Part shown: in pieces, positions 37,156 through 54,090 of the stretch
How the letters are laid out: each line of letters begins with the position of its first letter
Numbering within the stretch: the stretch's first letter is position 1
From: Moniliella sp. 'wahieum'
Lineage: Eukaryota
Direction of reading: 5' to 3'
Assembly (NCBI GenBank): GCA_003971905.1
Contig: RSEE01000084.1
Coordinates: forward strand, 1-64,000
DNA: 64,000 nucleotides
The notes under the pieces: model-generated
Database searches by the model: none
What the model was told of the DNA's origin: nothing
Seen by the model: only the letters and a program-made list of their open reading frames with translations
Program-made: the position numbers and the translations under genes

Positions 37156-38841
37156 ATGCGCCCGAGCCCGTTGCGCCTCCTCCTCGCGTCGCTCCTGCTG
37201 CTCGGCCCGCCCGCGCGCGCCGCCCCGCCTGGTGCTCCAGCCCGATGCGCGTGGAGGGACCGAGCCAGCTGGATTTTCAATGCCCTTGTCGACAGTGGCC
37301 GGCAGTGGGGCCCCGGCGTACACCACAACGGCATGGGCCTCATGGTCGCCACCATCCCCAACGGAACGGTGCTGTACCACGGTTCCCCCAGCCCCGACCC
37401 AGTCACTGGCTCCGAGTGGCTCGCCTTTGAGCCAGATCACGGACTTGTCTTTGCGCGTCCGCCGTCGTGGCATGGCCCCAAAAAACCCACGGAACGGCAC
37501 CGAGCCTCCCAACGACGCATCGCCTGGTTCCGACGGGGAGGAAGAGGAGGAGCAGGAGGGGCCCTGCACGAGCTCGAGAGCGAGGGCGTTGGCGCTGGTG
37601 CGGGCCAGCTGGTGTTGGGCCAAGAACGTGTTGGCTACTTCCACACGTACCGTACCAAGCATGATCTCACGGTGCTCTATGTGGATGGGATGAGTGCGGG
37701 CAAGACGGCGTATGGAACGACGGGTACGCAAGACTACCTTTTGCTCAACCAGCCTCCTGGCCCCGGCGCGCCCTTTATGGGGGAAACGCAGCGGAAAGAT
37801 GGGCTTTGCGCGTTGTATGCGCAGCATGCACCCCACCTGGCCGGCACGGTGCGGACCGAAGCGGGGTTCGAGCTGATCCTGTGTGACTTTGAGCGGGCGT
37901 GGGGGCGCCGGAACGGGTGTTGCGGGTGCAGCCCCCCTGGCGCCTGGGCCCGGGCGCGGGGGCAACGTAAACTGGGTCGGAGGCGTGGCACAGCGGTACG
38001 ACGGACTGGGCCAGCGACTCGAGCTGCATTGGGACCCGCGCTCGTACTTCTCGGCGTACGTGTACGATGCTCCGTTGTTCGATGGGCCCCCTGTGCCCCC
38101 CGGCAACCGTTCCGTCTCCCACGTTGTGCCTCGGTTCGACCACCTGTCCCAGGTCGACGTCGCGGCGCTGCACCAAGCTGCCCAAGACTGGATCCGTCGC
38201 ACCACCGTTCCCACCGAGCGGGGCATTGACTGGCGCACGGTCGCGGACGAAGTGGTGCGCGGTATGCTGACCCGCTGCGCTGGATCACTACCGACGCTAC
38301 GGACGAGGAGATGCACGGGGAACTGATTCGGCTTCTGCGGCCGTTTTCGGCTAGCTTGGCGGACAGTAGTGAGGAGGGGGAGGGGGAGGAAGAGGAAGAG
38401 GAGGAGTGGAAGGAGGAGGAGAAATGGTGTGTGCTGCAGGCGGTGCCGTACCCGGACGACGGATCGGTAGCGTCGCGCGCAACGGCGCGGATCGCGCATC
38501 GCATCTGCACCACGCTGCGCCTCGCCCGGGCTGACGCGGAGGCCGGGCAAGCCGGGACGAGCCGGGCGCGGATCCGCGCGTTGGTGCGCGACCTGGACTG
38601 GGCCGAGTGGAAGAAGTGCCGGCCCGGGTGCAAGCTGAACGAGGTGTGCGGGGTGCCGATGTGGCCGCTGGGCTCCGACGAGGACTGGAGGCAGCCGTCG
38701 TGCCAGCCGCTGCAGAATCCGTTTCCAGACCGGAATGGATCCAACAACTACTGGGGCGGCTGGCCGGACGCTCAGCCTAGCCTGGGGCGTCGCATCCCCG
38801 TCACCAAGTGTGATGCCTGTGCAATGAAATGTGACATGTGA
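37156..38841 (+). CDS. Predicted secreted conserved fungal hypothetical protein (frameshifts; 3' end uncertain)
   Basis: Signal-peptide-like MRPSPLRLLLASLLLLG; RQWG..HHNGM..ATIPNGTVLYHG..EWLAFEPDH; LYVDGMSAGKT..GT.GTQD; RTEAGFELILCDF; C-terminal LDWAEWKKCRPGC..EVC..PMWP. Confidence 0.75.
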
Positions 38842-38880
38842 AATGTGAAATGTGAAATGTGAAATGTGAAATGTGAAATG
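38824..38880 (+). repeat. 7-bp tandem repeat (TGAAATG)n x8 with one TGACATG unit
   Basis: Directly visible between the secreted-protein gene and SMC3. Confidence 0.92.
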
Positions 38881-38933
38881 GGCAAGCCCGACGCGTGCAG
38901 AGTGCTGTACCAACCGCTGACAGCCACACGTGA

Positions 38934-42914
<3,981 letters not shown>

Positions 42915-43441
42915 CCCTACCCGCCCCCCTCCGCCTTCTTCCTTCTACTTTGTTTGTCTCCTCCTGTACAGTATAGGGCGAGTGGTTCCAGATTGATTCC
43001 TTTTCAACACCAAAAAACACGCGATGGAGTTTAGTAGTAGTAGTATTAGGCTGCGGGGCGGGATGGTGGTGGTCGATGAAAAGGTCCAAGTAGACACTCA
43101 ACAGTGCTCTCAGTCCCATTCCTCTGCGCAGTGGAGCGCAAATTGGAGGTACTCACCATCGAGTTAGGTCACCCGCCCACTGCGTGAAGCATGGCGGAAG
43201 CGCGTGCTCTACGTTGTCGGATGCCATCGGGTGCCATTGGGCGTCCAAGCGAGATTGGAGGCAAGCGAAGCATGTGCCTCACACACATCGCACCGCCGCC
43301 TGGCCTGGCCGGGGAAAAGGGACGGCCACTGGGCCAGTCACATCCCAAATGCGTAGCCCCCTTCCCACCTATGGATCCTAAGGGTAGACGCGGGTCAAGT
43401 ACACGGGTACATAAGCACAGGGTTGCGTTGGGCAAGGATCA

Positions 43442-46400
43442 TTATAGTCCCGACGGCGCCGGATCGTGGTATCGTACTGACGGATCAGACGCGCCTGCTC
43501 GCCCTCCGTTTGGCTGAAGGCAAAGCCACGAGTGCGGCGCATGCGCTGCACTGCACGTACCTTGCGGATCGCCTTTTGGAACTGGTCCATGCGCGGGCGG
43601 TAGTCCTGGAGGTTGTACTTCTGTACCTCCTGGATAATGTCGGTCGAGTTGGGGCGGTAGGTGCGGCGGTAGTACTTCCACGCAAAGTCCCGCAGCAAGC
43701 AGGCGACAGGGACAAGCAGCATGCTGAACCAAAAGATCGACAGCCCGTAAAGTCGGGGGATGATCTTGTAGTATTCGCTGGAGAGGTGGATCCCCGGGAT
43801 GAGCGGTGCAACCGAGGCGTACACGGCCAAGAACACGATGGTGAGCAGAAGCGAGCCAGGCATACCGATCGCCGTATATTTGGTCCAGATGTCCGACACG
43901 AGCGTCGCCTTCCCAAGCACAGTAGCCAGTACCGACATGAAAAGCGTCAAGCCCCAGATCCAGTGGTAGGAGTTGTATCCGCCATTCAGCAGCCGATCCC
44001 CAAAACATGGCAGTGACAATGATGAACGAAAGGAATGAGTGATAAAACGCATTGACTGTCGAACCAGCAAAGCAATCTTGTCAAACACAACTCGCCCATA
44101 CAGCTGGGGGTACCGTCCAGCATGCGCGCCGAAACGGTCTGGTCAAAGATGCCAAGCACGAGCGGAGGCAGCAAAGTGAAGACCACATTGTAAAACGACA
44201 AGGTCCAGCCCTCGAACGCCACTTGCCCACTGAACGAATTTTGGAATGAGTAGAAGAACTGGGTCATGAAGAGCGCCGTGTTTTTGTAGAAGGTGAAGAG
44301 AATCATCTTGGACAAGCGGGTATAACTCCAGGTACCATGGACGAGCAGCAGTTTGCGCAAGAACCGGAATTGGCTGATGGCCACATCGGCATTTCTTGCG
44401 GCTTGCAAACCCTCGTGGCCCGAGATGCCTACCCCCACATGGGCAGCTTGAATCATCGACACGTCGTTTGCCCCATCCCCAATAGCTAGGAGAACGCCTT
44501 CTGGTACTTCTTGACTAACTTGACCACCAATGCCTTTGCAATGGGCTCACCCGACAGCACACCACCGCTTGGCACATTACCGCCAGATCAAAGAGCATCT
44601 TGCTCATGTTCATCTCCCCCAGAGCGAAGCCCAAGCTCTTGCCATCGATAATCAAAGCCAGATCTTCCACTTCACCTGCGGCGCGTTGGCTGCGCACAGC
44701 CTCCAGCCGAGTTCGGAGGAAAGAGGACGTAGCATCAGGGCTGTCCTCGTTGACAATAACCAGATTCATGCTCTCCGAGATGAGCTTGCACGAGAGTCCA
44801 ATGTTGATTGCTGTCTCTTGCCTGTCGCCCGTAAGAACCCAGACCTTGATCCCCGCCATCTGCAGCGTGTGAATCGTCTCGGGCACGCCTTCTTGGAGCT
44901 TGTCCTCAATTGCCGTCGCCCCGAGAAGAAGCATGTCCTTCTCGATCGCATCCGCTGCTTGGTCCAGCGCTTCAGCTCGGCCATTGATTTGGGCTGCCGC
45001 CGCATCGTAGATCCGCGACCAAGTGGAATACTCGGAGGGGGAGATGTCGCGTGACGCAATGCACGGGTCCGCAACCCGACAGAGGCAAAGTCCTCCAAGT
45101 GCATTAGGGTCAGGTCCTGATAGGGCTGTTCCTTGGCCAAGCGGGAGAGAATAACAGTGTCTGCACCCTTGCAAAGAAGCTTGATCCGCCCGTCGGGCAT
45201 GCGCACCACGGTCGACATACGCTTCGAGTCGAGTTGAACTCGCACACATTGAGCACTCGTACTCTTTCTCCTGCCCCGAACACGCACATAGACCGAACGA
45301 GGTTTGCGCGTGATAAACTCGTACTGCATCATTTCGGCGCCCGATACGAGTGCCGCCTCGTCGGGGGAAGAAGCCTGGTACACCACTTTGCCTTCAGTAC
45401 GCTCGGGGATAACTGTGTGGCAAACGGCTAGGAGCGTGAGGAACTCGTCGGCCACCGTCGTCTGCTCTGTCACCGTCCCCTGAGCCAGCTGGGCACGAAG
45501 CTCATGCCATGTCCGTTGCCCACCCACTTCACGCCCATCGGGGCCAATCTCCGGTACCCATCTTGCTCTCGTCAATCTCGTCCGTGTAGCACACACCGCC
45601 AATCGAAGCTTGGCGGAATTGCATCTCGTTGCGGGTCAATGTTCCGGTCTTGTCCGAGAAGACGTAGTCCACCATCCCCAGTTCCTCTACCAGACTTGAT
45701 GAGCGACAGAAGGCGGGCGTGTCAGTGGGACTGTAGTACATGTCCAAATCAGTGTTAATAAACGTAGCTTGGCGGTACTTGACCACCTCGATCATGACAA
45801 TCAGCGAGATCGGAATCAATGCACTGTAAGCAATGATGAAGGTGAGCACATCCTCGATGAACGCGCGCGCCTTGTTGCGGTGATCTCCTTGAGGAGAAGA
45901 TACTGCATCTCATTAGCAAACGAACTGTTGCGCACAGTGCTCCCCGCCGCCGAAGTGATGGACAAGACCAGCATAAGTCCAAAAAGAAAGAAGATCAGGT
46001 CATTGACCTCGTGCTCCACTCGGGTTCGCTTCATCGGTGACGATGTCGCGTTCTTCATTAACTTGGTTTCGTGACCTGTAAAGACAACCATACCGTAGAC
46101 CCAAGGAGTATTGCGCAACTGCGCTCCCCTTGCAAGGAACTGGTCAGGGAAAGGGGCACCTTCTTCGTCGGACCACGGTTGTAGCCGCTGTGTTGGGTCT
46201 GAAGGTGAAGGGTAGCGTCAAAAGTGTAGAGCGAGTTGTTGGGGTGTTCAGAAGCCAGATGCCCGCGAAGTGCGGCTACCGAGCCAGGAGTGGTCAGGCT
46301 GGCGGTGTCGGGACTGGCTTGCTTGATCTTGAGGTTGGTCTCGCCATCCAGGTTGGAGGTCTCGACGTACGCCAACCCTTCGGGCTCTGAGCTGGCGATC

Positions 46401-47515
46401 AACACCAAGTCAGCAGGAAAGGATTCGTTGTTCTCCACCCGAATAATGTCTCCCACCTCCACAGCAGCCCAAGCTCGCAACTCAAAGCTCCCTTGCCCAG
46501 CTCCTCCCGACGAGGGGGGTGCCATCGGATCCAGCACTTGGCACAACCGCGAATTGAGTTCCGCATCAGCTTGATGCGCTTTTCGGTCCTCCTTCAAATC
46601 CTTGAGCGCTGTGGCGGCGAGTACCACCCCAAGAGGAATGATGTTGTCCAGCGGTTAACGGGTGATACACCAGGAATCTGCTGGATGCACGAGGTGAAAA
46701 GGAAAAAGACGTTGGCCGATTTGGTGAATTGTTCTGTTGGAAAGAAAAATTGTAAGTACAGCTCCGCAGATCAACCCAGTATGAAAACACCAATGAGAAA
46801 CTTGGGGACAAAGGTCACCACATTGTACTTGGTCGTTGAGACGTAGTTGTCAGTAAACTTGAGTGCCCGTTTGCTGCCTCATCGTTCAGGTAAATTGTCC
46901 GCTCTCCCTCGACCGGACTGTGGGTACGGGAAGACTTTCCAAAGGCTGACATTGTCTCGTCGTACACGTTGCGGAAGGTGCGCTTGGCCGAGTCCCAGGT
47001 CGTTAGACCCTTGTACTTGCGTCGCCGGGAAGTGGCAATCCGCTTCTTGGGTTCGGGTGGCGGGCGCGGCGCCGCAGTGGGAGCAAAGGACAAGGTGCTG
47101 GCTGGCAAGGGATCGCCCAAATCATCGTCGGCTTCAATGCTCTTGAAGTTTCCGTCGACATGGTTTGGTACACATCACTGAAGGGCCCCTTGGATTCGGC
47201 GCGGTAGGCGTCGCGGTAGGCGTCGCTGAAGGGGCCATGGGTGGCGGAGTCGGGGTCAAAGACAGTCTCGGTGCTGGCGCCAAGCGGATGCTTGGTTGCC
47301 GAGACAGGATTGAGCGTCGAGGACACATACCCTCCGCCGAGCAGGTCGTCGTCGGCAGACAGGAGCGAGTGGTGGCCGCGTTGGGCCGGGGCGGGGCGGT
47401 CGAGCTCGTCGAGGCTGGCAAAGGGGTCTTCGGAAGCATTGCCGAGCTGGAAGGTGCGGGGGCGGGCCTCGATGTCGTCGTCGTCGTCGCCGAGGAGATC
47501 CTTGAAGGGATTCAT
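43442..47515 (-). CDS. DRS2: P4-ATPase aminophospholipid flippase, Drs2/ATP8A-like (intron 46734-46790; frameshifts)
   Basis: [10 protein letters not shown] (QQ motif), [63 protein letters not shown]-terminal GFAFSQ. Confidence 0.96.
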
Positions 47516-47753
47516 CGGTGGAGTGTCAGGCGCGCATGCAGCGAGGCGGGGGGAGGGCGGTGGTGGTGGGTGGTGTGGTGGGGGGGGGGGCAGAGGTTAG
47601 CGGGTGCTGCCGCCTGCCGCCTGGCTTGCCACTGCGCGCGCTGCCGTTCCGCCGCGGCCCGGCGCCATTCCGCCCGGCACGCGCGCCACACCAGCGCAGC
47701 CCTTCCACGTGGCAGCAGCCGTGCCCCAACCAAAATAAGCGCTCCGCAAAAAA

Positions 47754-47835
47754 AGCCCCACGTGGGACTCGAACCCACAACCGCTTCATCACAGACGCAT
47801 AGAAGTGAAGAATGCTACCATTGCAACAGTAGGGC
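47754..47835 (-). tRNA. tRNA-Arg(UCU) with ~10-nt intron
   Basis: Reverse complement reads GCCCTAC-TG-TTGC-AATGGTA-GCAT-T-CTTCA-CT-TCT-A-[TGCGTCTGTG]-A-TGAAG-CGGTT-GTGGG-TTCGAGT-CCCAC-GTGGGGC, followed directly by a T-run terminator. Confidence 0.9.
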
Positions 47836-49089
47836 CGTACAGTCTACGGGGCCTCTATTGGGTGAGTACGCACGCCAACTCATCAATCAATCAATCAGAA
47901 GACGTATTTTTTTCTCCTCTAATATATGCTAACTACCCATCCTGCTACCGCCACACGGCAGAGGCTGTGGCGGCCATAGGGGCGGTGGCCGCCATAATGG
48001 GCTGAGGGGTGCTCGCACTGTTGCGGCGGCACCGGCAAAGCCTGGGGGATAGAGCTCCACCATATGCGATGGTGGTAGTCGAGAACTGGCACAGGCGAGA
48101 GGTCATTGGCAGTCTCGCTCACTTTTGCACAGAAAATGTGGGCGCAATAAGCCCAAGAAAGAGAGGTGAGGCCGGTGATGGTGGGTTGGTTCCAAGAAAA
48201 GAGAGCCCGTCAGGGGCACAAAGCATAGGGAACATCGGAAAGAACAGCGTCGAAGATGTTCGATGATCCGTGATCGGCTAGGCATGCATGATGGCATTGA
48301 CAGCCTCATCACGCCACACATCACATCACAGCATCACAGTATCATGTGCAGGCCCCCACCCTCGCTCGTCTCGAAGACGCGCGAATATAAGATCCGCCGA
48401 TGAGATTTTGGAGAGCGCCAAGTCCAGGCAACCAAAGGCACTTTCGTCACCATATTTGAAGGGCATTGAACTTGCATGAGTCGGGATTGGACGAATTCTC
48501 CACGATTAACATAGTCATGCTTGCCACCATCGTCACATCCCCTCACCTCCCATCAGGCGCAACCCTCTCTCCGTGAAAGCCTGCAGCGACGCGTGAAGGC
48601 TCTGACCTGGAGACACCTAGTCTCTAAACCACAGACGATCAGCGAGTAGTAATCAAGTAACGAGGTGAGAGAGAAGAAGGGGAAAGGGGAAGGAGAGGAG
48701 GTGGCGAAGAGGACAGAGCAAGCAGTGGGACAGGAATGCACACGTGGCCTGCTGGCCTGCGCGCGGCAACTCTATAGGGTCTAGCTTTCACATCTACGAA
48801 TCAGGCAAGGCACCGGTGGGTGACGTGGCAACAAGCCCACCGCCGCCCGTATATATACGGGCCGCGTGCCCCCCCCCCCAGACACACCGTACGGCCTTTC
48901 CAGCCCGACGGGCAGCAACTGCCACGAGTGTAAATTTGGAGGAAATTGATTTCCACACTTTGATCAGCACCTCCATACGTGACGTTTGGGGGCGGGAAAA
49001 TAATATCCGGGTGGACCCAACCTCTTTTCTACGCTCAACGCTCGAATGTGACACACCATCACTTCCGTGTTGCTTCCCTCCCCTCCTCG

Positions 49090-49530
49090 CCTCTGCATGG
49101 GCATCTGCCACAGGATTCCTCCTGTCCGTGAGCTTTGTTTGGACATTCAATATTCATCCCGCCATAGATCCGACGCCTGGGGGTGCACAATCTGCCGACC
49201 TTTTGACCCAAGGGCATCGCCCACACAGGCAATCGAAATCCGATGCTTCATCTTCTGCCCCGTTTAACGAGGGGGGGGGGGGGGTTGTATCGCGATGGTT
49301 GTGAAGACGATCGAGTGCACAGCATTATTCCGCATCCGGAGAGGATGACCCGGACCTGCCAGGGCTTAATACCTGGGAAGATTCAGGCATGCCACCGTTA
49401 GTACTTAGTACGCTTGATTTCACAAACGCTTTCAAGACTGGGCGCCGCCGCACTCTTTGTGCCACCGCGCTCCAACGCCACGTCCCACACCCTCCTTTCA
49501 TTGGGCCGGTGGATCTATGGCACCCCACAC
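49090..49530 (+). mobile_element. Highly decayed Ty3/Gypsy RT fragment (opposite orientation to its neighbours)
   Basis: PPVRELCLDI, DLLTQG..SKSDASS, MVV..R and DPDLP...VLSTLDFTNAF follow the order of Gypsy RT N-terminal motifs. Confidence 0.55.
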
Positions 49531-49861
49531 AGATTTGCGTTGCTGCGGACGGGGGGGGCGAAGGGGAATGCACGTCTTCTGTCAATCAGGGCCAACGTAG
49601 TCAAGGTTCAACGTTCGAAAGCTATGCTATCACCACACTTTTTTGCCCCCGCTAATCCTACGCTACTAGCAGCATGCAACAAGTACCCCAAGAACCAGGT
49701 ACGCATTACTCAAGAGCCATTATCTTTGCCTTTTCCATGACCAGACCCGAGGGTACTACTATGCCATCCAACAAAAGAGCCGTTTGGGTATATAATGCTG
49801 GAAGGAATCAACTACTATTAATGTGTCTCTGGTATTGGATATTGTTCATCTTACATCGTGA

Positions 49862-51800
49862 TGTAGTCAGGGCTAAGACGAGGGAGACCACAGTCGAGAC
49901 TGGGTCAAGGGATGTAGCAATCGTTCGTGGGACGAAGCAAAAACAGAGTAAGGCATGGTGCAAAGTGAAAGAGACAGGGAAAGAGCGAGGCGTTCGGTAC
50001 GAAGAAATTGGAAATGCGCGAGAGATCAGCCAACCTATGACATTGCCCCCTTAAATCAGGCCTCGGCTCCCGGGCTGCAACGGAGGCGAGAGAGGGGAGT
50101 CGGCGGGCATGAGAGACAGGCTTATCGGGGTAGATGGCATGGAAACACAGACGACTGGCTTTCACGGCCGCCACGACAGCCAGTACCTCCTTTTGGGACG
50201 TGAAATGGTTCAGCTCGGCCACGGTGAACTTGCGGGAATGGAAGGCAACCTGCCACCAACGACCGTTAACATTCTGCTGGGCTAACACCGCGCCAAGCAC
50301 CCCGCGTCCGACGCGTCGGTGTCGAGGCGGAGGGGCCGAGTGTGATCAAGTGACAGAAGAGGTGGGACGAGGCAAAACGCGCTTGAGCTCGGCAAACGCC
50401 TGTTAGCGGGCTGGGGTCCAAGACAGCTGCTGGTCCTTGCGTGTTAGGTCGGACAGGGGGGCTGAGGTACGGGCAAAAGAACGGACGAAGTGACGGTAGT
50501 AGTTGGTGAAGCCGAGGAAAATCTGGACTTGGTGATCCGTTCGGGGTGTTGGCCACGGCCGAATCGACTCAACCTTGGACGGTTCCATTCCGATCCTGCC
50601 AAGCGAAACGACGTAGCCCAGGCACTCGGTTCGGAGGGTGTGGAACTGACACTTGTCGCGGTTGAGGTAGAACTTGACCCGCTGGCGCCGGAGGACTTCG
50701 GTAACGTGGCGCTCATGTTTCCTCCGATAGTCGAAAAGATGAGGATGTCATAAGGTATGCCAGCACCGATACGTCGAGTAGGTCGCGGAGGATGTCGTTC
50801 ATCCCAGCTCGGAAGGTGGCAGGGGCGTTGCCGAGGCCAAACGGCATAACAAAAGGGATTCAAAGTGCCAGCACCGAGTTCGGAAAACTCTCGTCGCCTT
50901 CTCTAACCCGCAACAAGTTATACGTCGCCCCACGGAAGTCGAACTTCGTGAAGATGCGGGTCCCACAGAGAGACGGCCCAACGAGTCACTGATCATACAG
51001 AGGCAGATCCAACCGGTTTTTGATCGTAACCGAGTTGAGCGCACGATGGTCCACGCGCAGGCCCAGCGAGAGCCGTCCTTCTTTTAAACAAAAAGGACGT
51101 CCGGGCTGAAGGAAGACTTGGATGGAGACGGATGAAACCTGAAGCAAGGTTATCCTCGAGCCATTGGGACAAGTCCTGCATCACTGTCTCACCCGTCAAC
51201 AAGGGGTAGAGGAGAGTGAATATGGGGGCGGCGCCGGGGACAACTTCGATGATGTGGTCAGCGGCACGATGGGCGGGAAGCGTCTTAGCCCCTAACTTGG
51301 AAAAGGCGCTAAGGAATGAGTCGTAGCGGGGAGGGAGACCGTCTGGGGGATGTGCTCGAGGTATACTCGGGTAACCTGCGGCGATTGCGTCACGCACACT
51401 CCCCGCGGCTTCAAACCGTATAGGAAGTCCCAGGTATGATCCTCGGCCACCGCGTTGGGGTTCCAGCGACGCAGCAGGACCGTGAACGTAGTGGAATAGT
51501 CGCAGATCCCGTCTGCCGGAGACAATAATGACACTCTCCTCAAACGCCTTCTGCACCAGGTTGCGCTCGCCCCACTGCTCCAAGAGGGATGCAGGAGACG
51601 TAGACCGTCGATACTGAAGGACGGGTGTGCTGCGCGCCTCCAAGAAAGGGCCACCTAGGAACAGAACTGCTCTACCCAAGTGAGGGCCTCCTCCTGCAGC
51701 AGGCCCATAAAGCGGTAGATCCATTGCGCTACACCCATGTGAGTGAGGGCGACGCGGGCGTAATCTCGAAGATGACAACGTGCTGGGCCTGGCAAAAATG
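49862..51800 (-). mobile_element. Internally deleted Ty3/Gypsy LTR retrotransposon: gag remnant, RT, RNase H, PPT, 3' LTR (~180 bp)
   Basis: TLPAHRAADHIIEVVPG..LASGFIR; MEPSKVESIRPWPTP..VQIFLGFTNYYRHFV; LGAVLAQ..VAFHSRKFTVAELNH..KEVLAVV; PPT AAGGGGGCAA at 50052-50043 directly followed by TGTCA. Confidence 0.92.
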
Positions 51801-52794
51801 ATCGAGGGCAGACCAAAAGGATAAACGTATATAAGGCGTGTGTGCCCCGGAACTGTATATGCATCGCTCTAGTATCTACATGTTGTTGTCAGTGTATTTT
51901 CTTCTTCGAAGACTTTGTGATTGATCTCCAATTACAGAGGCATTACCGATTATCGAATCGGTTTTTGCCAACACAAACATATAATCCGTCGCCACAAAAC
52001 GCTATACGACGCGTGAGACAACTATTTTTCTCCAACCACACGCCACCATTCTCTTCTGCACTTGCGTCTGACACAAGGGCCGTATGAAAATCGAGAGATG
52101 GATGTCGTGGCGGCGTCAAGCGTGAAGTACACCAACGAAAGACGGGTTCACATATACGTTACTGGATCGTCAGCGGCATTCATTCCCCTCTTACTATAGC
52201 TGTTTGCTCTGCATCCTGCGGCTTGGCTGTCTCAGTCTGTCTTATATGTTTCACAGGCTTTTCAGTGGCCAGTATACCATACGGTTATACCGGTTCCGGG
52301 TTACCTCACACAGCCGTTGGTTAGCACTTCGTACCGATGCACGTCGCCGTTGCATCAGCCTCGACTATCAGAATTCTCTGATCGATCTGATCTCTGATCT
52401 CAGATCTCTCTCAGAACCGGCTTTGTCACACGTGTCACATTCTCTCGGTGTCGTGTTCGCTGTATATATACGATCAATTCGATCAATAAAACGACGTACT
52501 GTACGTGCTTCAAAAAAGCTTCCAGTTTAACGCATACAAGGATAAGCATATGCTTCAAGCTTCAAGCTACAGGCACATGCAGGGCACCCCATAAGTTGCT
52601 TGACTGCTTCTTATATACAACTGGAAGGGTTTCCGAAGCTATGAAAATCCAGGCTTAGTACAGCCGTGAACAGGAAGAATTCTGGTCCACTGAAGGAAGG
52701 GGATTGCGTATTCATTCTTCAGGCTGCATGGGATGGTGCCTTAGGCCTTATATACCAAAGGGAAAGTAGAAGCAATCACACGGTGAACAAGGTG

Positions 52795-54090
52795 TGATGA
52801 GAGAGACACACACAAAGGGGTCAAGAAAGAGATCTAGGACAGGGTCATTCGCACAACCGGTGGGTAGAAGTGGAATAATAGTAGAGGAAAAGAGCGAGAC
52901 GCTGGGGACGAAATTTGGAAATGGGAGCGACGAGATCAGTCAATTACTATATATGATATTGCCCCCTTTCAGACCTCGTCTCCTGGGCGTTGGCAGAGGC
53001 GAGAGAAGGCGAGTCAGCGGGCATGCGAGACAGTCTCGTGGGGATGGTAGAGGGCAAGGAAGTGAACCACAGGCTCGGAGTCATGAGACATAATGTCTTC
53101 CGCGGGTACCCTCACCCGCCGTGGACGGGATAACCACGGAAGTAAACAGTGTACTCACGATGCGGCCCCCACTGCCCATGCTGGGAGAGACGATAGGACG
53201 TGATCGACCTCATGGTGACCAGCATCATCATCAGCATATTCAGGAAGAGGAGGGTGGGGCTCCCTCAAGCGGATACGGACCACGTCACCTGGGGTATAGG
53301 TACAAGCGGGATACATGAAACGTGTCCTGGTGGCGTAGGTACTAGTTGGGAAGGCGGGCCTGTTGGTACGCGGCGCACCAACAGCGCGGATAATGGGACA
53401 GGGACCGATGTAACGATATTGGAGGCCGCCGTAAGGCCTCTGGCTAGATAAATACCCGTCCCGACGGACCAAAACAGGCTGACCACACCGTGAAGGAAGC
53501 CGCCTCGATGCACCGTTTTGATTGGCATAGTGCGTATGCAGCGTTCTTTTGAACCGCAGCCAGCGTCCGGGGACTACCGTTGGACCGAACACAAATCCTC
53601 AAGATACAACGCAGCATCGGGCACGGCGATGTGGTTGGTTCAACTCTCACCCCCGGAAGGAGTATCCGTAAGTGAGGACAAAGGCGACTGATGGGGCTCG
53701 AGTGGGAGGACGAGTTCTAGCCAAATTCGATGACCGTGGGGGAGAAGCCGGACCAATTGGACTACTGCTCGTCGAGATAACAGCGGATGTGCTGTTAGAC
53801 CTGGTTAAGGCGCTCTGTCTGGCCGTCCGTCTGTAGTGGTACGCGGAGCTGAGGCTCGACTTGTGATACTCAAGTCGGTACACATGGCTTGCCAGAAGTG
53901 GCTCATGAAGGTCGTTCCACGGTCACTCACCAGATATAAGGGAAGGGCATGGGCGATGAGTTGCATGGTGTATACAACTGACGTGGGAGCTGTGGCGCGG
54001 TGTCCTTCGTGTGGGCGGGAATGAAGTGGCCCCTTGTTGAAACAGCATTCTCTCGGCAAGTCCGAAACGTCCACACAAAAGCCACAAGTC
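52795..54090 (-). mobile_element. Second Gypsy (chromovirus-like) copy: integrase core, chromodomain-like tail, PPT, decayed 3' LTR
   Basis: LVSDRGTTFMSHFWQAMC..SSAYHY..DGQTER; YRYIGPCPIIRAVG; HEVDHVL..EYTVYFRGYP; PPT at 52969-52959. The 3' region is colinear with 50043-50150 and the LTR with 49970-50042. Confidence 0.88.
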
